From positions 64,001-128,000 of the forward strand of contig CAWCYD010000002.1 in the NCBI GenBank assembly GCA_963799775.1: 64,000 nucleotides of DNA, written 5' to 3'. This document shows, piece by piece, positions 49,636-60,130 of this stretch. The first letter of the stretch is position 1; every line of letters starts with the position of its first letter. A model generated the notes under the pieces. That model was not told where the DNA came from, did no database searches, and was given only the letters and a program-made list of their open reading frames with translations. The translations under genes and the position numbers were made by a program. The DNA comes from an uncultured archaeon. Lineage in GTDB: Archaea > Thermoproteota > Nitrososphaeria > Nitrososphaerales > Gagatemarchaeaceae.

Positions 49636-51472
49636 ATGGCAGCCCAGAGGCGGCAAGGATGGCACCTGCAGACCGGGGCGGGCCTCCACGAAGGGAGAGT
49701 GGAGTTCAGGGTATGGTCTCCTCTCTCGAAGAGAGTCGAGGTCGTCATAGAATCAGGGACCAAGAGCCCAGTCCGGGCCCCGATGAAGAGGAAAGAAGGA
49801 TTTTTCGAAGCCGCCGTGGACCTCGATGCCGGCGCGAGATACATGTATCTGCTCGACGGGGAAAAGAAACGGCCCGACCCCGTGTCGAATGCCCCAGCCG
49901 GCGGGGGTCTTCGGACCTTCGGAAGTGGTCGACCCCGACCTCTTCCAGTGGACTGACCAGAGTTGGAGGGGGACGGCCCAAGATGAACCTCTTGCTCTAT
50001 GAGCTCCACGTGGGCACCTACACGAGGGATGGGAGCCTTCGAGTCCGTCCGTCCTCACCTACGGCAGCTTCGAGAGCTGGGGGTGACCGCGATCGAGCTG
50101 ATGCCCGTCGGGCAGTTTCCGGGCGAGAGGAACTGGGGCTACGACGGCGTCTTCATCTACGCTCCGCAGAACTCGTACGGGGGCCCGAACGGACTGAAGG
50201 CCCTGGTCAACCACTGCCACGAGGAGGGCCTTTCCGTCCTCCTCGACGTAGTCTACAACCACGTCGGACCTGAGGGGAACTGTCTGGCCGACTACGGCCC
50301 CTACTTCTCCTACAAGTACATGCCCCCTGGGGCCCGCCATGAACTACGACGAGCGAGGGTGCGACGCGGTTCGGAGGTTCATCGTCGACAACGCGCTCTA
50401 TTGGGTCACGGAATACCACTTCGATGGACTGCGGCTCGACGCCGTCCACGGGATATTCGATTCTTCGACGACGCACATCCTGGCCGGGGTGGCCGCCGCG
50501 GTAAAAGCCCAAGAATCGAACCTGCAGAGAGAGATCCACGCGATAGCCGAGAGCGACCTGAACGACCCTCGTGTGGTTACGAGCGGGGCTCTTGGAGGCA
50601 ATGACCTCGACGCCCAATGGTCAGATGACTTCCATCACTCTGTTCACGCCTATCTCACCGGAGAGAGGGCCCGATACTACGAAGACTACGGGGACTTGGC
50701 GGACATCGAGAAGGCGTTGAGCGACGGGTTTGTCTACGACCGGAGGTATTCGAGTTATCGTGGAAAGACCTACGGCGCGTCGTCCGTCGGTCTGCCGGGG
50801 AAGAAGTTCGTCGTCTGTTTGCAGAACCACGACCAGGTCGGGAACAGGAGAGACGGAGCACGCCTCGGCACGCTCCTCGGCCCTTCGGAGCTGAGGACGG
50901 CCGTGGGTCTCCTGCTCCTGGCCCCCTACCTCCCTCTCCTCTTCATGGGGGAAGAGTTCGGCGAAGTCGCCCCCTTTCTCTACTTCACGAGCCATCAAGA
51001 CCCCAAGCTGGCTCGCGCAGTCACGGAGGGGAGGAAGAGGGAGTTCGCCTCAGGACCGTCTGACGAGAAGGAGTTCGCAGACCCTCAAGACCGCCAGACG
51101 TTCGAGAGGTCAAAGGTCGACCATTCTCTGCAGAACTCGAAAGAGAACAAGTCGTGGACACGCTACTACTCGGCACTCATCGCGATGAGAAAAGAGCATC
51201 CCGCTCTGCGCAGCCTGGACAAGGAATGCATGCAAGTCCGCAGAATAGGCAGGTCGCTGGGAATGCGCAGATGGGAGCCAGGCGGAGAAGAGGTCGCCGC
51301 GGTCTACTCATTGGGCGATGCGGCGCCGGGGCCCGACGAATTCTTCGACGGCGAATGGAAGCCGATCTTCGATTCCGAAGAGTGGGAGCCACGGGCCGAG
51401 AAGAACGCGGCCACGACCAGAGGTCGCTTCGGTCTGAGGGTATACTGCAAGTCACGTTCAGAGGACGACTGA
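49636..51472 (+). CDS. treZ: Maltooligosyl trehalose trehalohydrolase (frameshifts ~49895, ~50030, ~50330)
   Basis: [57 protein letters not shown]. Confidence 0.9.
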
Positions 51473-51500
51473 GCCGAACGGCCCCGGAGCGTGCCCGTGA

Positions 51501-51922
51501 CTGAGAGCGATCAACTTCGCGATGGTCATTCACAATCACCAGCCTGTCGACAACGACCCCAAAATCATCGAGCTGATCCGGTCCTCGCACCAGGCGGAGG
51601 TGGAAGGGCAGAGCTCAGAGGGTCGTTTGGCGTCGAGGTCAATGTCTCTTCCTTGGGAGACAAGAAGCTCATCAGGACGAACCGGTCCGCGAAAAGACTG
51701 GCAGCGTCCGATACGAAGGCGTTCCAGTATCCTGAGATAGGAACCTCCGTCTCCCTCGAGTTCAGCGGAGCTGCGGAGCTCTTTCAGCTCCCCGTCGTGA
51801 CCGTCTCGCGTTCTGAGGAGGGGTTCCAACAGAACCTGCAGGGCGTCTCAGTCGTGGCACTGTCAGGCCCATTGCTGGGCCGAGAGTCTCATATCGGGGT
51901 CAGACTCTCATGCGGGTGCTAG
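51501..51922 (+). pseudogene. Internally deleted GH57 4-alpha-glucanotransferase/amylase remnant
   Basis: INFAMVIHNHQP (GH57 CSR-1) joined within ~25 codons to C-terminal-domain motifs FGVE.N and PV.TVS.SE.GF....QG.S; the catalytic core is missing. Confidence 0.7.
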
Positions 51923-52035
51923 CTACACAGGGTATTCCTTGAATCGGCCGAGCGCCGCCTTGGAGGCGCCATCCGGCCTGACCCGAAGATCCCTCGAAAC
52001 ACTCTTATCTCGCGTGGGCCGCCTCGTTTGGATGT

Positions 52036-53742
52036 TTGCTCCAGTTGCATCCCACGAGTTTCTCGTTAGGCAAGTATGAGGAACCCGTGGACAAATCACT
52101 ACGAAGCCTCGCAACAGAAGAGACAATCCACCGCATCTGGACACACGACTACTCCGTCTGGAAGTCAGACCCCACCGAGATCAGCGACAGACTGGACTGG
52201 CTTCATACGCCGAGCATGATGCTTCGCCATCTCCCGAGGTTCGCAGAGCTCGTCGACGAAGTCCGGTCAGCGGGCTTCACCGAACTCATGTTGCTGGGGA
52301 TGGGAGGCTCGAGCCTCGCTCCCGCGGTTCTCTCGGAGGTCTTCGGCAACGTGGCCGGATTCCCCCGCCTGAAGGTGCTCGACAACACAGATCCTGACGA
52401 CGTCACCGCGGCCGGCACGGGCCTCGACGTCAGCCGGACCTTGTTCATGGTCTCATCCAAGTCAGGGGGCACTCTGGAGACGCTGTCATTGATGAAATAC
52501 TTCTACGGCCGCGCCCTCGAAACCGTGGGAAACAAGGGCGCGGCTTCTCAATTCCTCGTAATCACCGATCCAGGGAGCAACCTGGCCGCGATCGCCGAGA
52601 GCAATCTCTTCCGTGCGGAGATCCTTAACGACCCGAACATCGGCGGCCGCTACTCCGTGATCTCATACGACGGGCTGGTCCCAGCCGCCCTGATGGGCAT
52701 AGACGTTGAGCGGCTGGCCGGACAGGCCGTGACCATGGCGACCGCATGCGAACCCAGCCTCGAACCACAGAAGAACCCGGGCGCGTATCTGGGGACCGTC
52801 CTGGGCGAGCTCGAAAGACAGGGCAGGAACAAGGTCACCATCTTCCTCTCCAGGAGAATCGCGGGCCTGGGAAGGTGGATCGAGCAGATCATTGCGGAGA
52901 GCACGGGAAAGGACGGCAAGGGCATCGTGCCCGTCGTGGGAGAGCCGCTGGGCCCGGTCGAAGCCTACGGTGACGACAGGCTCTTCGTTGTAATTCAGCT
53001 TGATAGCGACGAAGACGCGGTCGATGAAAGGGCCATCTCCTCGCTAGAGTCCCGAGGGCATCCCGTCATCCGCGTTCGACTCCAGGACGTCTACGAGATC
53101 GGCCAGCAGTTCTTCCTTTGGGAGATGGCCACGGCGGTCGCTGGGAGCATAATGGGAATCAATCCATTCGACCAACCCAACGTCGAGGCCAACAAGAAGG
53201 TATCTCTACGAATGATAGCCGACTACAGGGTCCGTGAGACCATCCCGCGCTTGAACCCCAGCCTGCAGTTGGAGAACGTGACAGTGTACGGGGACGCACG
53301 AGGCGAGAGCCCGGCCAGCGTGCTCATGAACTTCTTGGACGGCGCGTCGCCGGGGGCCTACATAGCGATACAGGCATACATCCATCAGACCGAGCGGACG
53401 GACGTGTCACTGCGACAGCTCCGCGCGGGGCTGATGAGGCGCTTCCGTCTTGCGACCACCGTAGGGTATGGGCCGAGGTTCCTCCACTCCACCGGGCAGC
53501 TCCACAAGGGGGACTCAGGACGAGGGCTGTTCGTCCAGATCACCTCAGACAAGGAGAGCGACCCTCGCGTCCCAGATGAGCTTGGGTCGTCCGTATCGTC
53601 CCTTAGTTTCGCCGTCCTCGAGGAGGCGGAGGCGCTCGGAGACAGGCAGGCGCTCCTTGACAGCGGGCGCCGGGTCATCCGCTTCCACGTCAAGGGAGAC
53701 GTCCCACGCGCCCTTGACGAACTCGCGATGCCGACGGCCTGA
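52036..53742 (+). CDS. pgi: Glucose-6-phosphate isomerase (PGI half of the Tal-Pgi type)
   Basis: LGMGGSSL.P, SSKSGGT.E, ITDPGS, IGGRYS, EQ..AESTGK.GKG, NPFDQPNVE, GPRFLHSTGQLHKG. Confidence 0.85.
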   Translation: MLQLHPTSFSLGKYEEPVDKSLRSLATEETIHRIWTHDYSVWKSDPTEISDRLDWLHTPSMMLRHLPRFAELVDEVRSAGFTELMLLGMGGSSLAPAVLSEVFGNVAGFPRLKVLDNTDPDDVTAAGTGLDVSRTLFMVSSKSGGTLETLSLMKYFYGRALETVGNKGAASQFLVITDPGSNLAAIAESNLFRAEILNDPNIGGRYSVISYDGLVPAALMGIDVERLAGQAVTMATACEPSLEPQKNPGAYLGTVLGELERQGRNKVTIFLSRRIAGLGRWIEQIIAESTGKDGKGIVPVVGEPLGPVEAYGDDRLFVVIQLDSDEDAVDERAISSLESRGHPVIRVRLQDVYEIGQQFFLWEMATAVAGSIMGINPFDQPNVEANKKVSLRMIADYRVRETIPRLNPSLQLENVTVYGDARGESPASVLMNFLDGASPGAYIAIQAYIHQTERTDVSLRQLRAGLMRRFRLATTVGYGPRFLHSTGQLHKGDSGRGLFVQITSDKESDPRVPDELGSSVSSLSFAVLEEAEALGDRQALLDSGRRVIRFHVKGDVPRALDELAMPTA

Positions 53743-53756
53743 AGGTAGAGAGGAAA

Positions 53757-54707
53757 ATGGCAAGAACGAGAGGAGCTCGAACAGAGCTAGGAATCGTGGG
53801 CCTCGGAAGGATGGGCTCGAACATCGCCCGACGGCTCGCCCATGCGGGGCACAATGTCATCGTCTACAACCGCGACCCCAGCAAAGCCCACGCCCTCGCG
53901 AAGGAGTCGACACGCATCTGCTCATCCGACTCGCTCGAGGAACTAGTGCGTCACCTCGCGCCGCCTCGCGTGGTCTGGGTCATGGTCCCCTCAGGCGGAG
54001 CGACGGAGAGGATGGTCGAGAGCCTGAGCCGCCTCCTTTCTCGAGGCGACACGATAATCGACGGGGGGAACTCCCTCTACACCGACACGGTCCGCAGGGC
54101 GGCGAAGGCAAAGAAGGGTGGGAAGAACTTCGTGGACATCGGGACAAGCGGAGGGGTATGGGGTCTGAGGGAGGGATACTGCTTGATGGTCGGTGGAGAG
54201 AAGGAGGCGGTCGAGCGCCTGCGTCCGATCCTCGAGACTTTGGCACCAGGCAAGGACAGGGGATGGGGCTGGGTCGGCCCGAGCGGGGCAGGACACTACG
54301 TCAAGATGGTGCACAACGGGATCGAGTACGGCCTCATGGAGGCGTACGCGGAAGGGTTCGAGATCCTAAGGGGGAAGAAGGAGTTCGACCTCGACCTCCA
54401 TCAGGTCGCCGAGATCTGGCGTGCAGGGAGCGTCGTGAGGTCTTGGCTTCTGGACCTGACGGCCCAGGCTCTGAAGAACGGCCATGGCCTGAGCGACATC
54501 GAAGGCTGGGTCGAGGACTCGGGAGAGGGCAGATGGACCGTCATCGACGCGATCAACCAGGCGATCCCGGCTCCAGTGATAACCCTCGCACTCCAGATGA
54601 GGTTTGCCAGCCGTCAGAAGGAGCGGTTCGCGGACAAGCTCCTCGCCGCTATGCGGAGCGAGTTCGGCGGCCACGAGGTCAGGCGGAAAGGACTGACTAG
54701 CCGCTAG
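53757..54707 (+). CDS. gnd: Short-type 6-phosphogluconate dehydrogenase (decarboxylating)
   Basis: GLGRMG, DGGNS, GTSGG.WG, GHYVKMVHNGIEYG, DSGEGRWT, R..FGGH. Confidence 0.93.
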   Translation: MARTRGARTELGIVGLGRMGSNIARRLAHAGHNVIVYNRDPSKAHALAKESTRICSSDSLEELVRHLAPPRVVWVMVPSGGATERMVESLSRLLSRGDTIIDGGNSLYTDTVRRAAKAKKGGKNFVDIGTSGGVWGLREGYCLMVGGEKEAVERLRPILETLAPGKDRGWGWVGPSGAGHYVKMVHNGIEYGLMEAYAEGFEILRGKKEFDLDLHQVAEIWRAGSVVRSWLLDLTAQALKNGHGLSDIEGWVEDSGEGRWTVIDAINQAIPAPVITLALQMRFASRQKERFADKLLAAMRSEFGGHEVRRKGLTSR

Positions 54708-56223
54708 TCTGTATTCGAGAGCATCAGATGTCTCACACTACCATACTTGTCGTCTGGATGACCATCCTCGGCTGACTGGGTCTCCTCCGTCGGCTCCTGG
54801 TAAGGTATCGACTCTACCCTCCATCTCACGATCTGGGTGAGGCAGCTCCTGAGCTCCTCCCCTGTCAGAGAGAGGTTCCTTCGACGGGGAGCTCAATGCG
54901 TCAGCCAGCTCGTGCGATTGCATGACCTCCCTCATCCACTTCTCAAAGTCCCTTCTCCTGGCATGGAACTCGATGGACTCGATGGGAGCCTTCTCCAGAG
55001 CCTCTAGGAACCCACTCGCGGACGACGCCATCAGCCCCGTGTACTGTCCGAAGCTGCTGCAGAAGTAGAAGGCTTTCTCCACAGGAGCTGTGATCGTTCC
55101 AGCCACGACCTCAGCCGGCTTGACCTGAACGTTCGGCCATGTCCTGCTGTCGACCAGCAGCTTGGCGCCATCTCCGACGATAGAACCTGGCCCAACGATG
55201 GACCTGTTCATGAGGACGTTCCGTCCCACTATCGCTGACTGTCCGATGACGCTGTTAATTATCCTGCTCTCTCGGCCGACCTCAGCCCTCTCCATTACCG
55301 CACTCCTTCGAAGGACCGCCCCGCTCAGGACTCGCGCGTCCTTCTTGATGAGGCACCACTCATCGATTGTCGCGTCGTCCTCGATGACGACTCCGGCCTC
55401 AATCAGGGCAGGGCCTGCGATCCTGGCTCCCTTCCCGATGTGAGCTCCTTTCTCGATTATCACGGGGGTGGTGGAACCCATGACAACGTAGTTCTCGGAG
55501 GCCTGCTTCGGCATGCTCTGCAGGGCCCAAGCTACGCCGCGGAGGTATCCATCCAGTCGGCCTATGTCTACCCAAAAAGCATCGGAGACGAATCCTGAGA
55601 TCCTCTTGTGGATCTTCAGAAGATAGGGGAAGAGTTCCATTCGCAAAGTCCCACTTCTCGTGCATGATAAGCTCCACGCACTCTGGGTCGAGGATGTAGA
55701 ATCCGGTGCTGATCAGGTTGCCCTTCGCCTCTCCTCGGGGCGGCTTCTCTTGGAACTCTGTTATCATTCCGTTCGAGTCGACGACAGCAACTCCGAAATC
55801 CCCGGCGTCCTTGACCTCGGTGAGCACAATGGTCGCTGTCGCTTCGCTGCCCTTGTGGAACTCGACGGCCTTCGCAAGAGGCATCTCCGTCAGGGTGTCG
55901 GACTGTGCCACAAGGAATGGTTCGTCGAGCAATCCGTCCACAAGCTTGAGAGACCCGGCAGTCCCACTGCGGAACTCGTCGGGCTTTACCGCGTACGAGA
56001 TTTTCACACCGAATCGGACTCCGTCACCTAGATAGTCCATCAGGTGCTGCTTCATCGGCCCTCCCACAATGACCACGATGTCGTTGAACCCTTCCTTCGC
56101 AAGGTGTGACACAAGGTAGAAGATCGAAGGCTCCGGTCCTACTGGAGTCATCGGTTTCTGTCGCGTGAAGGTCAGTGGCCGTAGCCTCGTTCCTTCCCCA
56201 GCGGCAAGAATGAGCGCTTTCAT
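54704..56223 (-). CDS. NDP-sugar pyrophosphorylase (NTP_transferase + LbH) fused to a DUF5752-like domain; frameshifts ~55640 and ~54885
   Basis: LAAG.GTRLRPLT..R.KP, GTAG, EKP, W.DIG; hexapeptide repeats; C-terminal F.F....G..TG..A.S...F.......SIEFH..R.DF..W. Confidence 0.85.
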
Positions 56224-56252
56224 GACAAGAATTACAATATGTCAACTGTATA

Positions 56253-56304
56253 CTTAAAATATTTGGAACAATATACGTGAATAATCCTAGTTGGTATTTT
56301 CCAG
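56253..56304 (-). promoter_or_regulatory. NDP-sugar pyrophosphorylase promoter with three 13-bp-phased degenerate sites
   Basis: AAT/ATT centres at 56270, 56283 and 56296; TTTAAG on the minus strand. Confidence 0.5.
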
Positions 56305-56356
56305 TAACTCATTATCTTCAAGACGTGTAGGCTGCTACGGTGGCGAGAGAGGGCGC

Positions 56357-58061
56357 CTACGTCGTAGACCGCATGACACCTTTCGAGACCTCGAGAGCCC
56401 TCTCATAGGCTCGAACTGCCATCTCCGCCGCCCTCGGCGCTCCAAATTGCTCTCTCACGCGCCTTCTACAATTCTCTCTGATAATCGAACCGAATGAAGG
56501 ATTGTTTGCGACAAGTTCCCTTATCCCCTCGTCATCGATAGCATCGAGCAAAGACTCGCGTTCACCCGTGCTCATCGTCTTGGGTTCAGCGAGCCGCATC
56601 ATGGCAAGGACTGTGGTCAACCCCCGCGCAAGTGCCAGGGGATTCTCCTTCTCCACGAGCAGCCCAGTTCCCCTCTCCCCGTATGACGCCAAGTCGAGGA
56701 CAGTCTCAGTTATCCCTCCCACCCTGCTCCCCACGACCGGGTTCCCAGTCGCCATCGCTTCGAGGGCGGCGATTCCGAAAGGCTCCCATCGGGACGGCAT
56801 CGCGTAGGCATCCGCGGCGACGTGAGCGAGCCTGTAGATAGATGCGGGGGCATGCCACAGGATCACGCGGACATTGTCAGGAAACCCTGCCGCCAACTCG
56901 TTGGTCGATTCGATTAGCTCTCCGTGTGGCTGCGGGATCATCATCAGGACAAACTTTGCCGTGGGGAGTGCCTCCAGGACTTTGGGGATGGCCTTCATCA
57001 GCACATCGACCCCTTTCTGCTTGTCGAGCCTTCCTGTGGCGATGACTAGCTGGCCGTCCTCTCGAAACGGCTCGAGTTTTCGCCCGCGAGAGGAATTTGG
57101 TGCCGGGCCGTTAGACTTCGGTTCGGGCAGCTTAACCTGCCCCAATCCCACCGTAAGCAGGTATCTCCGCAGGTCACTTCTTCCCTTGAGGGTCGGAGGT
57201 ATCGGCTTTTCCCTCAGGATATCGAGAGTCAGTTGCCTTTCGTCCCATTCGCAGCAGTTGTAGATGAAGCCGCTTTTCTCTCTGGCACCCTCACCCACGA
57301 AAGGGAGAACGTCAGAATTCAGGTAAGACTCGCTCACGGTAGTGAGGAAATCGGACTCGAGCGCGCCAAACCGCTCGATCTTTCCAGTGGAGAGATCCTC
57401 CCAAGCCTGTCTGACCGTGACCGCGCGGGGCCCATCGTCAAGATGTAACGTCTGTTCCTCGTCGCGGACTCCACACCACTCCTCGGAGATGTAGTGCCAG
57501 TCGAACGTCTTGTGGCCTAGAAGATGGATTGTGTAAACGAGCGGCACCTGGGCACCTCTCTCGGAGAACGCCTGACGCATAGACACAGCTGCCGGGATCA
57601 CATTCCAGTCGTGCGCATGAATGAAATCAGGCCTGGTCCCATCAACGCGCTCCGCGAACTGCCTCATCACCCTAGCGAAGAGGCACATCTTTTCGTATGT
57701 CAGATCCTCGCCGTAAATCTCGCTGGCGTCGAGCCATCGACTTGTCTCATCGTCCAGCCCCCTCGCAAGGAAATATCTGACCCCCTCGAACCTCCCTCTA
57801 GAGAGCCCGATCTTGTACGGATACGGCTTCCCATCTGTCCCTCTCCTCGCGCCTTCGCTCCTGAACCCCTCGAATTCCTCGAGGCTGAGCTTCCTCCGGA
57901 TGGAAGGGTCCTTCGTGTCTGCCATGGCTCGGCATGAAGACTGTGACCTGGTACTTCCCGGACAAAGCCTTCGCTAAGTTTGCGACGGCGGGCCCGAGCC
58001 CACCGGCCTGCGCCACGTCCGACGACTCGAAAGACAGCATCCACACCTTTCTCGCCTCCAA
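56357..58061 (-). CDS. glgA: Archaeal-type glycogen synthase (GT5), frameshift ~57915
   Basis: SFE....AGGLG.AV, V.MPSHG, HAHDW, YTIH, TTVS..Y, GRL..QKG, PSRWEPFGI.ALEAMA.G. Confidence 0.85.
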
Positions 58062-58219
58062 ACGCTGACGAGGGGTCGTTCGCCCATCCGGAAGTGCTGT
58101 CTTTATTTGCGGGGTCACCTGACCGATTTCACATCTGCTAGGGGCCGGGTCAATTCTTTAGCCTCTGGGATGTTCTTTCTCCTTAAGACTTAAAAGATGT
58201 GACACTTACAAAAACCCTC

Positions 58220-58615
58220 ATGGCTGAAAAGGAAATCTCTACACAAGAGGCGATGCGTCTCCTGGATAAGGTCACTCCCGACAAGGCGTTCCACTTCTAC
58301 ATCGAGATAGGGCGGCCTCTCGGCAAGTCCTCAAGGAGCCTCGAGGAGTTCGCGAACGTTGTCAGCGAAGTCGATGTATCCGTGGTCAGGTTCCACTTGG
58401 GGAGAGGAGATTTTGAGAGCTGGTTCGTCATGCTCGGCGATGACGTCCTGCCAGCCCGCCTTGCGGAACTTCGGACGGCGAACAGCCCCTCAGCAGACGT
58501 CCGGGGAAAGGTGAGCTCCCATGTCAGAACCAGGGTCAGTCAGCTCCATAAGATCGCCAATTCGCGCGACCCCAAGCCTCAGATTTCCACTAGTCGGCGC
58601 TCATCCAGAACGTGA
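58220..58615 (+). CDS. Stand-alone DUF5752-like protein
   Basis: AFHF....G.P.G....SLEEF.......V..V.FHL.RGDF.SW...LGD; same motif as the NTase C-terminal domain. Confidence 0.75.
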   Translation: MAEKEISTQEAMRLLDKVTPDKAFHFYIEIGRPLGKSSRSLEEFANVVSEVDVSVVRFHLGRGDFESWFVMLGDDVLPARLAELRTANSPSADVRGKVSSHVRTRVSQLHKIANSRDPKPQISTSRRSSRT

Positions 58616-58714
58616 AAGGCGGGGCGGTTGGACCAAGCCGGTAGGATGCGCTCGCACTGAAGCGGAGCATTCCCGCTCAAGCTTTTATCGCCCAGGACGG
58701 CTCGTCCGGCTCCA

Positions 58715-59539
58715 TTGCCCGCGAGCATCCATACTGAGAGATATCGCGTCGAGCCAGGGAAGTCAGTCCATCTCGACGAATGGGACCCCAATGACACATC
58801 GGGCTTCGATGGATCCGAGGCGGAGGCAAAAGAAGAATCCGGGAGGCTGACGAAAAAACTCGAGACGCTGCAAGAGATGCTCTACGCCCAGAACGCCCAC
58901 AGCCTCTTGGTCGTCCTCCAGGCGATGGACACGGGCGGCAAGGACGGGACGATCCGTCGTGTGTTCGAGGGAGTGAACCCGCAGGGAGTGAGCGTGGCCA
59001 GTTTCAAGGAACCAACGCCCGAGGAGCTCGCCCATGATTTCCTCTGGAGGGTGGAGAGGAAGGTCCCCGGCAAGGAGAGAGATCGCGATCTTCAACCGCA
59101 GCTACTATGAGGACGTGCTCGCGGTCAGGGTCCACAAGCTCGTCCCCAAGAAGATGTGGAAACAGCATTACGCGGAGATAGTGGACTTCGAACGGAGGCT
59201 GACACAAGAAGGCACGACAATCCTCAAGTTCTACTTGCACATCGACAAAGATGAGCAGAAGAAGCGTCTCGAGGAGAGGCTGGCAGACCCCACAAAAGAA
59301 TGGAAGTTCAGCGAGCATGGACCTGAAGGAAAGGCAGTTCTGGGGCCAGTACATGAAGGCCTACGAGAGCGCCATCGAGAGGACGACAAAGAATTGGGCC
59401 CCCTGGTACATCATCCCGGCGAACCGCCATTGGTTCAGGGACCATCCTTGTCTCGAGCGTCATAGTGAAAACGCTCGAAGATTTCAAGATGAGTTCTCCC
59501 AGGTTGCCGAAGGACCAGCGTTCCATCAAGATCAGATGA
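58715..59539 (+). CDS. ppk2: Polyphosphate kinase 2 family (class III-like), frameshifts ~59070, ~59315, ~59445
   Basis: LQAMDTGGKDG, NPQG....FK.P..EE..HDFLWR, FNRSYYEDVL, KFYLHI...EQ..R, APWY.IPA...W.R. Confidence 0.88.
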
Positions 59540-59619
59540 GACGGACCCGCAGGATTCCCAGATTAATCCTAGAAGAATCTTAGCAGGCTCACACATGGAA
59601 ATCTGATATGGGGTTATCG

Positions 59620-59748
59620 ATGTTGAAACTCATCGAGGCCAGCATCTGCAGCATGTGCGCCAGAGCGGCCGTCGTCGACGGACTCATCCATACATGCGTC
59701 GGACGCCGCCGGTCCACCATCTCTTGCAAGTGCCGCCCAGGTTTCTGA
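59620..59748 (+). CDS. Putative small Cys-rich protein (42 aa)
   Basis: Manually read MLKLIEASICSMCARAAVVDGLIHTCVGRRRSTISCKCRPGF; palindromic site upstream at 59570. Confidence 0.4.
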   Translation: MLKLIEASICSMCARAAVVDGLIHTCVGRRRSTISCKCRPGF

Positions 59749-59815
59749 GCCACATCGGCCACAAAACCGCAAACATCTAAATACGCATCAGCGTTCGGCA
59801 CTCGAAGGACGAACC

Positions 59816-60127
59816 ATGGTGCAGTACGCGAGGATCAAGCTGACGAGTTCCAACCTTTACGAGCTCGAGCATCTTGCCCGTGAGATCAAGGAGATCACCG
59901 AGAAGACAGGGGTCAAGAGCAAGGGTCCGCAGCCCCTCCCGACGAAGAAACTGAAGATCACGACGAGGAAGGCCCCCACCGGCGAAGGGACTCACACGTT
60001 CGACCACTGGCAGCTCAGGATCCACCGCCGGATCTTGGACATCGAGCCTGACGACAGGACGATGCGACAGATAACGAAGCTGAGGATCCCGGAAGACGTG
60101 AAGATAGAGCTCACTCTTACGAGCTGA
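59816..60127 (+). CDS. rpsJ: 30S ribosomal protein S10 (uS10), archaeal type
   Basis: ARIKLTS, GP.PLPTK.L...TRK.P.GEG....D.W..RIHRR. Confidence 0.95.
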   Translation: MVQYARIKLTSSNLYELEHLAREIKEITEKTGVKSKGPQPLPTKKLKITTRKAPTGEGTHTFDHWQLRIHRRILDIEPDDRTMRQITKLRIPEDVKIELTLTS

Positions 60128-60130
60128 GCA

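Noticed and set aside
3231-54700. Many long antisense or alternate-frame ORFs (e.g. 3231-4427, 37173-38231, 53468-54700)
   Set aside because: Shadow ORFs expected from high GC3 codon usage; no recognisable motifs.
2663-59539. About 20 frameshifted genes suggesting mass pseudogenisation or programmed frameshifting
   Set aside because: Breaks are single-base, spread over unrelated genes, often near short homopolymers, with intact motifs on both sides; long-read indel error is the simpler explanation.
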